Below, piece after piece: positions 13,101 to 26,190 of a stretch of DNA of 64,000 nt (position 1 is the first letter of the stretch; each line of letters opens with the position of its first letter). The position numbers and the translations under genes are program-made. The stretch covers positions 86,056,001 to 86,120,000 of the forward strand of contig OX597817.1 of the NCBI GenBank assembly GCA_951406725.2. The letters run 5' to 3'. Below the pieces are notes generated by a model. It had not been told where the DNA came from and did not search any database. It worked only from the letters and a program-made list of their open reading frames with translations. The stretch comes from Octopus vulgaris. Taxonomy: Eukaryota.

Positions 13101-13513
13101 TTTGCACGTTAATTTCACGAACAAGCTGTTCCGTTGATCGTATCAGCTGGGACCCTCGTCGTCGTAACCGGCGGAGTCTTTAAAGTCTTTAAATTCATGT
13201 TGCAAATTTTAACACAAATTTCTTTACCCATCTTATCATTCTACCTTTCTTATAGTTTGAATTGTTTAATTTCAAAGTGAACCTTATCAAAGGTTTGATA
13301 TTATAATTCTGGGGTTCATGCTTTTGGATTTAGCTTTTTCTTACAGTAAATAAAAAGTAAAAGAACACATTTGAAAAGAGGCACATATTGTTTTGAAACA
13401 TTGAATTAAGTACACAATTTATTATTTTTTAAAAATGAAATATGACAAGAAAATCATTTTAACCAGTAGGGATCAAGGATGAGAAAATAATGTAATGTAA
13501 ATGAAATGCTTAC

Positions 13514-13641
13514 AGAAGACAAAGCACATAGGCTCCTGGTACAGTCTCACTTTCTCGTATAAGAAAACTTCCATCCTCTTTGTTTTGTAATAGACGCTTT
13601 TCGGCTTGAAGTCGAGAAATGCCTTTATGAAGAAAAGCCAT
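13514..13641 (-). CDS. INPPL1: SHIP-family inositol polyphosphate 5-phosphatase (INPP5D/INPPL1-like), coding exon 1, N-terminal half of the SH2 domain
   Basis: Manual translation gives MAFLHKGISRLQAEKRLLQNKEDGSFLIRESETVPGAYVLCL(L), containing the SH2 FLIRES motif. ATG is at 13641-13639, with an in-frame TAG 11 codons upstream. The acceptor tttctttcag puts the exon start at 13678, and a GTAAGC donor follows (phase 2). The ORF track shows only a different frame here. The symbol is a family label; the gene is probably pro-orthologous to both INPP5D and INPPL1. Confidence 0.92.
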
Positions 13642-16600
13642 TTTGACTCCTGCCAAGAGGTTATTACCCCTCTAAAATCTGAAAGAAAATTTAATGTTTG
13701 AGTGGAAATTTTAAAACTGCAGACAGGTTCATTATTTTTTCTGTACAGAATACATAACAACTATTTATAAAATACTCATGAAAACAAGTCAGTATAATAT
13801 ATGAAAAGTATAGTATTCCAACTATTTCTAGATGTCAATGATGTTAAAGTAAAATTTACTTTGAAGTGTGTTTCAGGATCCTGTTTTCTTTCATAGATTG
13901 CACACATTTCACCAACCTATCTAAAACCTTTTTCTGATAGTAATCAAAGCAACAATTAAACTGATAGAAAAAAAAAACGGAACAAGATATAAGTGGATGA
14001 TGGACATTTGAATGTTATGAAGTTGAAATGTTGGAAAATTATTTTTCAAGTATATTTTTCATGATAGCATTAATGCCTGGAATTTTGTACCATGCCAGTA
14101 TGGAAGGCAGATGTTAAACAATGATGATGAATCATGTATAATGAATATTTAAATCATAAAATATACATTCTTGAAGATGACACATTATAATGCAATAGAT
14201 ATTTCTCTCTAAATAGAAACATCTGAGATTTAAATTACAAATCAATTTAATCTACTTTGTTACTTGTCACAGTATTTGTAACCTTGAGTGCAAGTCTTTT
14301 AACTGTATTTAGTCAATAACAAATTTAATCTTAAGTATACTGACACTATCTTTAATGAAATGGCATTTACACATGTGAGCAGGTTAATAAAATATGATAA
14401 TAATGTAATATGATCTTTTTAATAAATTAAGTTAGATTCCTGATAAGAACTGACTCATGAGATCATTATGTCTATATATCCTGGTAGTATGAAAGAACTT
14501 TGGTTATTTCAAGGGCTTAATTCATAATTACCATCAGTATCCATGGCTTTTTAAAAATATTTTCTTTCTATTTAGAACTATCCTTTGACAAAGCATTTAT
14601 TATTTGGCTACATAACAAAACAAAATTCAACATGAACATTTGCCTTGCCATTGTGAACAATATATGTAAGTGAAATTAAACAGAATGCCAAGTGCAACAG
14701 AAACTGATCTGTATTTAAAATTTTCAACTAGAATTTTTATGAGAATATCTTTAATGCATGCCTTTCTAGTACATATTGAAGAGTTTTACTTAAAAGTATA
14801 TCTTAGTCCTACATATATAGGGAGCTTAATTTTTCCTAATGTCAAATCTACCTAATTTGCAGACTTTGACAATAAATCCCTACACTTACCACCATTTTTT
14901 CCCTCACATAGTTACTAGATTTTGATACATGTACAAAACAATGTCTTTGATAACAAGTTACTATCTCAAAGCATTCAAATCTACATTACACCTATAAATT
15001 GAGGTAATCGCTAGAGTGTTGCTTGACCTGTTACAAATAGCAGCCAAATCTCCTTTATAAGAAATTCTGCTGTCTTAAGGAATGTTGAAAATACATTAGG
15101 TAAAGTAGTTCTACTTACCACACCCAACAAAAAAAAAAACAAAAAAAAAACAAACAAACAAACAGAATGCCCCATTATTAAACAACCAACCAAACAACAT
15201 TACACTTTCAAAAGATACTGTCAGTTCACTTCTGTTAGTACAGTCTACTTTCCTTTCAGACCACTTTTCACTACATTACTCTCAAAATGCAGTTGTTTCT
15301 GAGAAGTACACCATGCCACCTAATTTAATATCACTGTCTTGCTCTATTACAAGCATTGAGGCCAAGTTCCCTAGCAGGGAGTTATGACTTCATGAAGCAC
15401 CAACATCATCTTAAACTTCACTAGATTGCTTGATCCTGAACAACTTGTCTCAAACACTCAACCTCTTAATTTAACACTCTTTTCTCTAGTCAATGAAATG
15501 ACATCCTATCTTGAAATCTCTCAGTACTTTGAATACACTTTCTGGGTAACATTTTTCTATGTTTCATTTTTTTTCTCACTTTTACCTCCTCCCTCTCCTC
15601 CTACTGCTGCTATTTTTTTTATTAATTTCATCACTTTTATGATTTATTTTTACTTCTGTAAAGATGGGATACTGTTGAATTACTATCTGTATGCATATTT
15701 TTCTTTCCAAACGGCTTTTGCTATTGTTATGGTGTGATATATCTTTCCATCCAGTCTGACTTGGCTGTAGAAAGCACTGCATATTGTGCAAATTCCAGAG
15801 TAACAGGCTATTGGACCAACAGAGGCAAAATTATATGTTGAAGAAATTTGTTTTGCAACCATATGGTTTCAGGTTCAGTCCCACTGTATGGCATTTTGGG
15901 CAAGTGTCCTTTACTAGGGTTTTAGGCCAAGCAAAGCTTTGTAAGAGGATTTGGTACACCGAAACTGAAAGAAGACCATTATGCGCGTAGTTTTGACAGA
16001 GGAATATAGTTATATCTATGTAGTGCAGAAGTGCACTTCTTAATCATGTGGTTTGGGGTTCAGTCTCAATACCGCATCTTGGGCAAGTGTCTTCTACAAT
16101 AGCCATGGGTCAATCAAAGTTTTGTGTGTGGATTTGGTAGATGCAAACTGGAAGAAGCCATTTGTGCATATAACTATATGTGTGTCTGTGTGTTTGTTCA
16201 CATTAACACTTTCCCAAATATTGCTCAGCTGCAGGCAGTACATCTGTCATTTCCCCTGTCAATAGGTCATCTGCTGGCTTTATGGCTTTAAAAACAGGTG
16301 GATTAAGATATCATTAACTGATAAAGCAGAGAAGGATTAATGCTAGCATGGAAAAACAAGTGCAAAAATAAAACTAATGAACAAATGAATGAAATAAGGT
16401 GAAGTCACAAGATGAAAACAAGAGTAAATAAATAAATTTGTCAAAAGGGAGGGTATTGAGACAGAGAAGGAGAGAGTAAAAAAGAGTTTTTGTAGGAAAA
16501 AGAAGAAAGAAGAAAAGCAAGAGAGGGGAGACTGACTGAAACATAAAATTATGTGTGTACATAAAGTTTCCACTGTTCTGCATAAAATGCAACACAAACA

Positions 16601-16980
16601 TACTACATACATGACCTTGGTTAAAAAAAACAGATAGAGAAATATATATGTAAGGAAGGAGTGTATAGTAGGGAGCTAAGCCATAAAAATGGTGAGAGGA
16701 ATGTGTGAGAAGTGGAGAGAAGGAGGTTGGTGGAGAAATCTGGTGTAGTGAGTGAAAAGCATATTTTTTGCTGAGTTTAATAAAAAGAAAACAAACGCAC
16801 AGACAAAAACTAGTCAAAGTCAACAAATAAACATGATTTAAGATGGTGAGGAAGTGCATAAGAAAATGCATGGAAAAAGAATTCAAAATAGAAGCAATGA
16901 TCTTATATAATACTTTTTGTAAAAGGCCTATGTAAAACATAAACTGAGAGTAATAGAAAAGTTTAAAGAATGCCACAGTA

Positions 16981-17862
16981 TTGAAATATGCAGACGACAT
17001 CAAGCTGTACCTTGAAATCAAGAGGACAGATCCTGATGTCTACAACTCTTTCCTGCAATCAGACCTAGACACAATGCAGCAATGGATCACAGACTGGCAA
17101 CTGAAACTGGCTGTGGACAAGTGTACCACCATGCATTTTGGGAGAAAAACCCTGTGTCCACATACTCCCTCCACAACACTGATATCAAAAAATCCTCTTG
17201 CGAGCGTGACCTAGGCATCACTGTCAGCGGTGATTTGCGTTGGACAAAGCATATCTCTAAAATTGTCAAGAAGGCCGAGGGTGTCTTGGCATCACTCAGC
17301 AAGACTTTTGTTAGCCGCTCTCCAGCCATCTATTTAAAACTGTATACAGCTATGGTATGACCACACTTGGAATTCGCATCATCAGTTTGGAACCCCTATC
17401 TTGCTCAGAACATTGACCTCCTGGAATCTGTCCAGAGACGTGCAACCAAATGCATACCCTCCATCAGACACCTACCATATTCTGAGCGCCTTGTTTCCCT
17501 GGGCATGGATTCACTGAAGCTCCGGCGTCTGGCGACGGACTTGGTAAACACCCACAAAGTTATCAACCACCTCACCAACAACAACACTGAACACCTTTTT
17601 GATCTCCATGTGTCTAACACACGTGGACATGCCTACAAAGTCAGAAAACAACACAGCTCCCATGACTTTCGGAAACATTTTTTCACGCTCAGAGTTGCTG
17701 AAGCATGGAATAAACTGCCTGCGTCAGTTGTTGACTGCCATGACACTGCATCCTTTAAGGCCCTCATGCTTTCCGAAATCCGCTGAAACTACACCTGATT
17801 ATATATACACTTTAGATGAGTTGTAGTGCACCTGAGCACTGTACACAATTATTATTATTATT
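16981..17862 (+). mobile_element. CR1/L2-group LINE, 5'-truncated (RT C-terminus and 3' end)
   Basis: Overlapping ORFs KYADDIKLY...LQSDLD..., ERDLGITVSGDLRWTKHI... and EFASSVWNPY...LESVQRRATK...FFTLRVAEAWNKLP. One frameshift and in-frame stops; (ATT)n tail. Confidence 0.92.
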
Positions 17863-17989
17863 ATGCAAAAGTTATTGAATGGTATAAAGGTCTAATATGA
17901 CCGAAAAAAAAAAAAGAATTAAGAGTTTGGAAAAAGTGTAAGAAAGTTCCAACATGTTCCAAATAACAACAACAATAGATAAGAAATGT

Positions 17990-18350
17990 GAACAGCAGTA
18001 CATATAATCAAAAACTTCAAAGAATGCTTGCAACTGTTAAATAATAACAGATTTTCAGTTTAATGCCACTTAAACACAGCATATATTAGATAGATGACAG
18101 TAAAAGCCATATCTGGTTGGGCATACTCTTTCCAAAATTGACCAGAGGCCTTGAAAGGAATTTAATAGTGAGATAGATTCAAGGTTCATGAATTCTTTTG
18201 TGGGTAAAACTTCAACAACATGAAACAGTTTTTTTATTACCTTGGTATAAGTTCTGTATAAAGGGAATATGGATTTTAGGCCTATACACACACTATTCCT
18301 TTGTCCAAGAAAATGCCATTAAGTGGGTATTAGGTTGTTGGGATCATTGC
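17990..18350 (-). mobile_element. Decayed Penelope-like element, GIY-YIG endonuclease C-terminus
   Basis: Minus-strand fragments read ..PLNG...KGIV, WSILERVCP..Y..C.L and LN*KS..FNSCKHSLKF, resembling the Penelope end LNxRSExxxxCRHxxKF. A pyrimidine-rich 3'UTR probably extends to about 16400 and is split by the CR1 insertion. Confidence 0.55.
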
Positions 18351-18919
18351 AGTTATGCGTAGGCTCTTGTTAATTTTCATTTGCTTCTCAATCTTTTCAC
18401 ATTCTGCTGATGAGCTAACAAAGCAAGTTTTTGCAATAAGAGTGGGTAACCTTCAAGGTGCCTCTATAGTATATATTATAATACTTGTGCTCCCTCCCCT
18501 CCATCCAGAAAATGCCTACATACTATGTATAACCATTTTCTAGGTACAATCATTGGAGATTTAGTGAATATGAAGGGATAGAAAGGAGAAAAGATTGGGA
18601 TTAGGGTGTGAAGGGGGAGTGTAAGTAGAATGCAGCCTATAGTGTAAAGTGCATAGAAGGGGTTTGTAAAGACAAGAACACAGCATACATTAGAGACACC
18701 TCTAGGACCTTAGTAGAGAGGCTAAACAAACACTGATGAGAGAACAATGATGGGAAATAGTTGTTTGTGCTCTATGAGCATGCCAAAGACCAAAATGGGG
18801 GGCATGTTGGCTCGAATTGATATTCATATTTTATCCAAACATCCAAACATATTTTATCCAAACATTTAGACAAATATGAGAATATGTCTTCACAAATAAA
18901 ACATCACCCATAATGAATA

Positions 18920-19770
18920 TGTAATACATGTAGAAAGTAGAGATACTTCAATGTCACGGGTACCATCCACACACTGCATGCTACAGAGCAGTTAAACATG
19001 GGCTGTGACCACCGAAGACATGTGAAGCCTTGAAAGAAATGAAGCTAGTATGTTTTGATGGATGTGCATTGTCAGTGTGCATCTACAACAGAGTGCAAGT
19101 GTCTTGAGAGAAAAGTTGGGCATAAAAGGCATCAGATGTAATGCACAAGAGAGATGACTGCACAGGTATGGTCATGTGATGCATATGGATGAGGACAGCT
19201 GTGTGAAGAAGTGCTGATCTCTAACAGTAGAGGGAACCTGGGACAAGGTAGTGAAGCATGATTTTCAAATGTTGGGCCTTATGGAAGTAATAACAAATGA
19301 CTGAGATCTTTGGTGTTATGTCATGCTTGGGAAGACCCATCAAGCCAAGTGAAATTGAAGTCATAGCTGATGCCAGTGTCGCGTAACTGGTACTCATGCT
19401 GGTGGCACGTAACAAGCACCCTTTGAATGTTGGATGATATGCTGTGCTTGATAAGATCCGTCAAGCCAAGCCAAGAGAAATTGCAGTTGTGGCCAATGCC
19501 AGTATTGCATAACTGGCACCCATGCTGGCACATAAAAAGCACCCTTCAAACTTTGAGCTCAGAGGCAGTGACAAATGACCGAGACCTTTGGCAATATACT
19601 GTGTTTGACAAGACCTGTCAAGCCAAGTGAAATCATAGTTGTGGCTGATGCCAGTGTTTCATAACTGGTACCCATGCCGGTGGCACATAAAAAACACCCC
19701 CTACACTCTTGGAGTGGTTGGCATGATGAAGGGCATCCAGCTGTAGAAACTATGCCTAATCAGATTGGAA
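18920..19770 (+). mobile_element. Degenerate RTE LINE 3' part
   Basis: Homologous to 24590-25460 (TAED...RNEASM..WMC, YGHV..MDEDSCVKKC, 3'UTR repeats). Confidence 0.8.
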
Positions 19771-20563
19771 CTTGTTGTGAAATTCATATATTCAAGGCAT
19801 TAAAAATAAGAATGGAGAATCATACATCCTCGCAAGCTTGTTTTTTACAGTATTACACACAATGCATTTACTTTAAATCTCTAACTAACATGTGTTTCTA
19901 CTGCATAAATATCCTAAGATGTGGCATCCAGTTGCACCCTGTTGGTTCAATTGCATCATTAGTTCATCCAAGACATACACAAACATGTAGTTTTCTTCAA
20001 GGTGTTACCACTGGATTTTGGAAGCGAACTGACGAATTTGGTGTTTGATAGTCGTATTCTAAGTATAATTTAGATGTGACGTGGGGTGTTTAGAGCAGAA
20101 GGTAGCTGGAGTTGTTGTGAAATATGATATGGCAATATAATGTTGTCATTTAAACCTAAAGTGACCCTTAAGGTTTTAAATGGAATAGCACAATACTAGA
20201 CTTAGTAGTCAGACAAGCACCAAGTCAGTCAAGATATGTTTCATCCACAAGCCACATTAGATACAGAGAGAAAAGATTTTCAGAAAAAATAGGTGTATTA
20301 AGAGTAATTAAGAGAGCATGCACTGAAAAGGAAATAAAAATTTGAAAAACAAAGTTAAAAACAAACAACCTTATATTATGGTATAATGCAGGCTTCGAAA
20401 AGCAGGAAGAAACAAATATACCTGCAAAACTTTTCAAAATGAAAATTTTGTATGCAGAAGAATAGCTGTAAAAACAGCATTAGAAAGTCAGAAAATTAGA
20501 AAATATACCTCTTTAGACAAAAGAAAGTGGCCAGCACTCACTAGAAACAATTGAATTCTGTAC

Positions 20564-20597
<34 letters not shown>

Positions 20598-20957
20598 TAT
20601 GCATATAAGACTGGCAATCCATCAGTTATGGCAAGGGTTCCAGTTGATCCTATCGATAGAACTGCCCTACTCAGGAATTAACATGCAAGTGGCTGAGCAT
20701 TCCACAAACTTGCATACCCTTAAAGTAGTTCTCAGGGAGATTCAATGTGACATAATGTGACAAGGTTGGCCCTTAGAATTACAAGTACAACTGGTTTTAT
20801 GGACTGGAGCAACATAAAATAAAGTGTTTTTCTCAAGAACACAATGCTCCACCAAGTATTGAGTTCATGACCTTACATTTGTGAGATGAATACCCTAACT
20901 ATTTACCCATGTACCTTCATTATACACATACATATATACATACATTCATACACACAC

Positions 20958-20991
<34 letters not shown>

Positions 20992-21119
20992 GAAGAAAAT
21001 CTCAAATGCAGGGGAACAGCTGTGGAAACAGCTTTAGAAAATTGGGTAAAATATCCCTTTAGATAGAAAAAAGTGGTCAGCACCCGCTACAGAGAATTGA
21101 CACACTGCAACAAAGATAT

Positions 21120-21790
21120 TTTGGCCCAGAAGGAATGGCAATCTCAGAGCTAGTATGAGATCTGGGGATTGATATGAACAATGATGCTTTGCTCATGTAC
21201 ATGTCATCAAGATGGTGGAAATGTGTGGGCAAAAGGCCAGGACTCAGAATTTTCAGAACAAGTAACTAGAAAACTATCCTAGTCCTATGAAGGACATTTG
21301 ATGCCAGCCATCTGGACTACATTGTTCAACCATGATCACCCCACAGTATCAAATTAACAGTGAAATCTGAAGCAATTCAATGGTACTACACCAAGAGAAT
21401 TGCTTCAATGAGACAGTTGAGCTACAAGGAGAGGCTGAAAGAATAATGACTACTCTTCTGTGTGAAGATACATTGATATACATATGGAAGATCTTGGAAA
21501 GGCTAAAACAAAACTTTGGCATCGAAAATTATATCAATTCCTGAACAGGACATCATAGCAGTGCCAAAGGTCCCAACCACGCCATCTAGAGTAAGGATGA
21601 GATACTGCAATAGCTCGGCTTTCAAGGGATCATAGCTGTTTATCTCATTCAAAATTCTGAAGGATCTACATGGGGTGCAAGTAGATGTTTTCAAGAAGCA
21701 TCTCAATCATCTACAGCCCAGGAAGCCAGGTGAATTTATATTACGGCAAGAAACTCAAACAAAGGCAGCAACATCAAACTCCCTTATTCA
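21120..21790 (+). mobile_element. Decayed CR1-group LINE 3' ORF fragment
   Basis: LDY...SPH...EAIQ...TKRI..M.QLSY.ERLK...IY.WKILEG pattern typical of CR1-type ORF2 C-termini, with many disablements. Confidence 0.6.
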
Positions 21791-21879
21791 TTAAAAACCA
21801 ACCACATAAGGATTGCCATTGGAAAGATGATGAAAGTGGTGGTGACCCAGCATGACCACCTTTGGGCTGGAACACAGAA

Positions 21880-22900
21880 AACAAGAGCACTTAGAGAGTG
21901 CAAACTTCTGCCAAGGCAACACCAATGTCCTCTCAACAATCAGCCAGTGATTTTTAAAATGAGGATATCTGAAATAAACTTGACTGCTCTCACAAATGAG
22001 AATACTAAAAATGAACCTGACCGCTCTCAAAAATTAAAAAAAAAAACAGGAAAAATAATCCACAATCTTTGTCTGGTACCTGATCGATCCAAATGGTAGT
22101 CATGGAATATGAAGGTGGGTGTGCAGGCCATGCTTGTAATGCTGTGTGTGTGTAATCTGCAGTGGGAACAGAGATAGTTTTTTCTATGAAGGCCTTTTTT
22201 AGTCTATTCACTGATATAGTGACTCTATGACCATTAAGGTCTATGGAGAAAAATTTATCTGTGCTTGGAAGAAAATGGAAAGGAGCGGCATATGGTGCTG
22301 TTAACAGATGTTTAACAACATTGTTGCACACAAAACCCTGAGTCCAAGAAGTAAAGCTTCCTTCAAAGCAGAGCTAGAAATGCAATTGTCAAGTAGGCGA
22401 GAGGTTTTAAACAGGAGCGATATATTCAAAATTGGTGAAGTTAAAAATTGTCTAGGATAAATTAAATTTATTTTTGTTACTGAATATGTTAGTGTTATTT
22501 AATTTCTGAATGTTTTGCTACTGTTTGTTTTCTTTATCCATTAGTTTCTGCTAAGATAGTAAAATTAATAATAGAGAAATGAAAATAAAACTTTGGAAAC
22601 AGGAATGCCGCCATAACTTACGTGGAAACCATGATCATGCTCTCAAGGGAGATAATCAGAGAACGACTTGAAAGTCAATGTAAGATCGTAATACTTCATG
22701 TAATGTAAATATAACAAATAATCCAGAATCCTTCTCCGGGACCAGATCGATCCCAAAATCTAATCAGTTCATGTCAGTCACAAGGCCAAACATCCCTGAA
22801 AGTTTCATCTGAATCCATCCAGTGGTTCTTAAGATTCCATGAACAAACAAACAAACACAACTGAAAACAATACCTCTACCTTCACTAAGGCAGTGGTAAT
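21880..22900 (+). mobile_element. Helentron/DINE-like non-autonomous element interrupted by other sequence
   Basis: Starts aacaagagcacttagagagtgc (hairpin) and ends aatacctctaccttcactaaggcagtggtaat (hairpin). The segment aataatcca..gatcgatcc is duplicated at about 22055 and 22718. Confidence 0.45.
22180..22400 (-). mobile_element. Gypsy LTR-retrotransposon integrase C-terminal (GPY/F) remnant
   Basis: ORF 22005-22331 contains LTAPYAAPFHFLPSTDKFFSIDLNGHRVTISVNRLKKAF, resembling the Gypsy L.PPY.GPF.V...DK.F.I.......VS.DRLKPA pattern. Confidence 0.7.
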
Positions 22901-23125
22901 AAAGGAAAAAGATATGTATTAGCATTATCGTCATCATCATAGGACAAGCAGAATCTGCTGCCGAGGCAGTTTTTCTACAGCTGGATCTCCTTCTTGTTGC
23001 TATTTTCAAGCAAAGTATTATTTCACCAAAAGCGAGACATACTTTCCATGGAAAATTGGAGACAAGCAACATCACCTGAAACTCATTTACAACCATCACA
23101 TGATGTCTAGAAACATAAGCACACA

Positions 23126-23161
<36 letters not shown>

Positions 23162-23378
23162 ATCAAAGGATCGAGGTGTAGGAAGAAAGCTTGAAGCAAT
23201 TCATAGTAAATATAAAAAACAACTTTCAGGGACAATAGTGGTTTGACGAGATGGAAGGTTGTGAATTTTTTTCTTATCAAAGTATGATAAATTGAAAAGA
23301 GTTTTTTTTTATTTCATGGGTTGCCAGGCATGCAAATAAGAATACAGGAGTTAAGGAATGGAAAATATATATAATATA

Positions 23379-24001
23379 CTAGCAAAGATACCTGGCGTTG
23401 CTTGGAATTAAAATGGCATAGTTTATTCCTTGTAAGCCTAGTACTTATTCTATCGGTGTGTTTTACCAAACAACTAAGTTACAGAGATGTAAGCACAGCA
23501 ACATTGGTTGTAAAGCAATGATGAGGGTACAGACACAGACACACAAATATACACATATACACGACAGCCTTCTTTCAGTTTCTGTGCATGAAATCCACTA
23601 AAAGGTGCCTTTTTACCATAAGAGAAAATTTTCTCCATGGTAACTGCAGTAAATTTGCCTTTGAGCAGTTGAAATATGTCACAGCCATATAGCAACTTAT
23701 CTAAACTTTGCTTATTCCTAAACACTGCTTGGTGCTAATATTTCGGCAATTTCCAAAACCTGGTGGTCTACTGGCGCAAATCTGTCAATGTTGTTGACTG
23801 TATTTTAGATAAAGCTATAGATTTAAAAGATCTGGTCAGAGTTGCCTCTCTCATGTATTTCCCATTGATAAAAGCTAAGGAGCTAGAAACATCGATGTCT
23901 GGGAATCCTGACAGATGGCAAAATTGAGCAGGTATGGTGTTTTTACACCTTATTACCATAAGAGAGAATTTTCTCTACAGTAACAGAAGTTCAATATATG
24001 A
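23379..24001 (-). mobile_element. Non-autonomous Helitron-like element with a nested SINE
   Basis: Minus-strand 3' end ccaagcaacgccagg-tatctttg-CTAG-t. Duplicated hairpin ttaccataagagaaaattttctccatggtaa at about 23613 and 23953. Confidence 0.55.
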
Positions 24002-24173
24002 CCGTGTGTGTATCGTTGGCGATTTTCTTTCTCTGTCTTTCCTTTTTCTATGTTTCTGATGAAGAGCTCTGCGCAAAACGTTAAATCCTTCTTTCTTTCC
24101 TTTCCTGAGTGTCCAATAACACTATACTTGTTCCACGTCCTTGTGTTGTGTTTCCTCTTTGTTCATGTTTGGA
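24002..24173 (+). repeat. Short repeat carrying a decayed minimal hammerhead motif
   Basis: gtttCTGATGAagagctctgcgcAAAAcgTTAaat at about 24052-24086, where GAAA reads AAAA. A related copy lies on the minus strand at about 27385-27567. Confidence 0.5.
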
Positions 24174-24175
24174 GT

Positions 24176-25574
24176 AACTCACAAATGTCTTCAGGAAGAT
24201 GGCCCTGCTCGATCTGTAGAAAAGGTGTAGGTAGAAACTCTATAAGATGCACCCAGTGTAAGCTATGGACACATAAGAGGTGCAGCAATGTCAAAGGAAG
24301 GCTAACTGGGAAGATAGTTTTTGTATGTGGCAGATGCTCAGGAGCAATAATCTCTGAAAATCTGCAGAAAACAACTTCCGTCACTTTCCAGGGGGAAAAA
24401 CTTAGAAGTAGTTGATAGCTTCCGTTATCTAGGTGACCAAGTCAGTAGTGGGGGTGGGTGCATTGAAAGTGTAACTGCTAGAATAAGAATAGCCTGGGCA
24501 AAGTTTAGGGAGCTCTTACCTCTGCTGGTAACTAAAGGCCTCTCGCTCAGAGTAAAAGGCAGACTGTATGATGCATGTGTACGAACAGCCATGCTACATG
24601 GCAGTGAAACATAGGCCGTGACTGCTGAGGACATGCGTAAGCTCGCGAGGAATGAAGCCAGTATGCTCCGATGGATGTGTAATGTCAGCGTGCATACTCG
24701 ACAGAGCGTTAGTACCCTGAGAGAAATGTTGGACCTAAGAAGCATCAGTTGTGGTGTGCAAGAGAGACGATTGTGCTGGTATGGTCATGTGGCGAGAATG
24801 GATGAAGATAGGTGTGTGAAAAAGTGCCAATCCCTAGCAGTTGAGGGAACCCGTAGAGGAGGTAGACCCAGGAAAACCTGGGACGAGGTGGTGAAGCACG
24901 ACCTTCGAACCTTGGGTCTCACTAAGGAAATGACCAGCGACCGAGACCTTTGGAAATATGCTGTGCGTGAGAAGACCAGGCAGGACAAGTGAGTCCAGCC
25001 CATTTATGCATGCCTTTCCCCCCTTGGACACACAAAGACCTGTTGAGGCAAGCAAAGTCGATATCGAACCTCATCCGACGACAGGCACCTATGGCAACCC
25101 CCCTTGCTTGCGAAGACCTGTTGGGGCAAGTGAAATCGAAATCGGAATCGAAATTGAACCAATCCTATGACTAGCACCTGGCAGATGCCAGGGCCCTGGG
25201 ACTGGAGGTATGTAAAAAGCACTATCCGAATTGTGGCCGATGCCAGCGCCGCCTCGACTGGCTTCCGTGTCGGTGGCACGTAAAAAGCACCATCCGAATC
25301 GTAGCTGAAGCCAGTACCGCCTCGACTGGCTTCCATAAAATGCACCAATCCGACCGTGGCCGATGCCAGCCTCGCCTGGCACCAGTGCAGGTGGCACGTA
25401 AAAAGCACCCACTACACTCACAGAGTGGTTGGCGTTAGGAAGAGCATCCAGCTGTAGAAACGTTGCTAGATAAGACCGGAGCCTGGTGCAGCCTTCTGGC
25501 TTCCCAGATCCCCGGTCGAACCGTCCAACCCATGCTAGCATGGAGAACGGACGTTAAACGATGATGATGATGAT
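24176..25574 (+). mobile_element. RTE-clade LINE, 5'-truncated and relatively young (Cys/His finger, RT C-terminus, 3'UTR, (GAT)n tail)
   Basis: ORFs 24008-24415 and 24618-24992: WPCSICRKGVGRNSIRCTQCKLWTHKRC..., FRYLGD, MLHGSET, RGRPRKTW. The tail runs into (TA)n. Confidence 0.92.
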
Positions 25575-25638
25575 ATATATATATACATACATATATATAT
25601 ACATATATACATACATACATATATACATACATACATAC

Positions 25639-25671
<33 letters not shown>

Positions 25672-25705
25672 CATATATATATACATACATATATATATAT
25701 ATATA

Positions 25706-25743
<38 letters not shown>

Positions 25744-25884
25744 CATACATATATATATACATACATATATACATACATATATATATACATACATATATAC
25801 ATACATATATATATACATATATATATATATACATACATATATACATATACATACACATACACATACATATATATATATACATGC

Positions 25885-25917
<33 letters not shown>

Positions 25918-25968
25918 CATGCATGTATATCTATACATACATATATATATGTATATCTGTATGTATAT
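25575..25968. repeat. Compound (TA)n/(CATA)n microsatellite
   Basis: Read directly; source of the spurious Y/I/M/C-rich ORFs. Confidence 0.97.
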
Positions 25969-26190
25969 ATCATCATCATCATCGTTTAACGTCCGCTTTC
26001 TATGCTAGCATGGGTTGGACGTATGACTGAGGGCTGGCGAACCAGATGGCTGCACCAGGCTTCAATCTTGATCTGGCAGAGTTTCTACAACTGGATGCCC
26101 TTCATTAACGCCAACCACTCCGAGAGTGTAGTGGTTGCTTTTACGTGCCACCGGCATGGGGCCAGCCAGGCGGCACTGGCAATGACCTCG
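25969..26190 (-). mobile_element. RTE 3' end fragment
   Basis: (CAT)n-CGTTTAACGTCCG...ATGCTAGCATGGGTTGGACG, the reverse complement of 25390-25574. Similar solo 3' ends lie at about 31818-32240, 33398-33585, 33657-33787, 46911-47505, 59128-59340 and 62310-62520 (-), and 1500-1590, 37990-38210, 40090-40308 and 57140-57345 (+). Confidence 0.9.

Noticed and set aside
13473-13760. 95-aa ORF in the track overlapping SHIP exon 1
   Set aside because: Wrong frame. The SH2 FLIRES frame starts at ATG 13641 and splices at 13514.
16374-17021. 215-aa hydrophobic ORF resembling a membrane protein
   Set aside because: Low-complexity pyrimidine-rich strand, probably a retroelement 3'UTR running into the CR1 copy; no domain or splice support.
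18726-18770. Possible hammerhead caaaca-CTGATGA...GAAA...tgtttg
   Set aside because: Stem I pairs, but stem II does not and the UH cleavage site is not in register. At most a decayed remnant.
19790-20560. ORF 19674-20048 as a host exon, or a Penelope remnant with a ribozyme near 20232-20260
   Set aside because: No convincing splice sites or homology. The GIY-YIG-like and hammerhead-like hints are too degraded and point to opposite strands.
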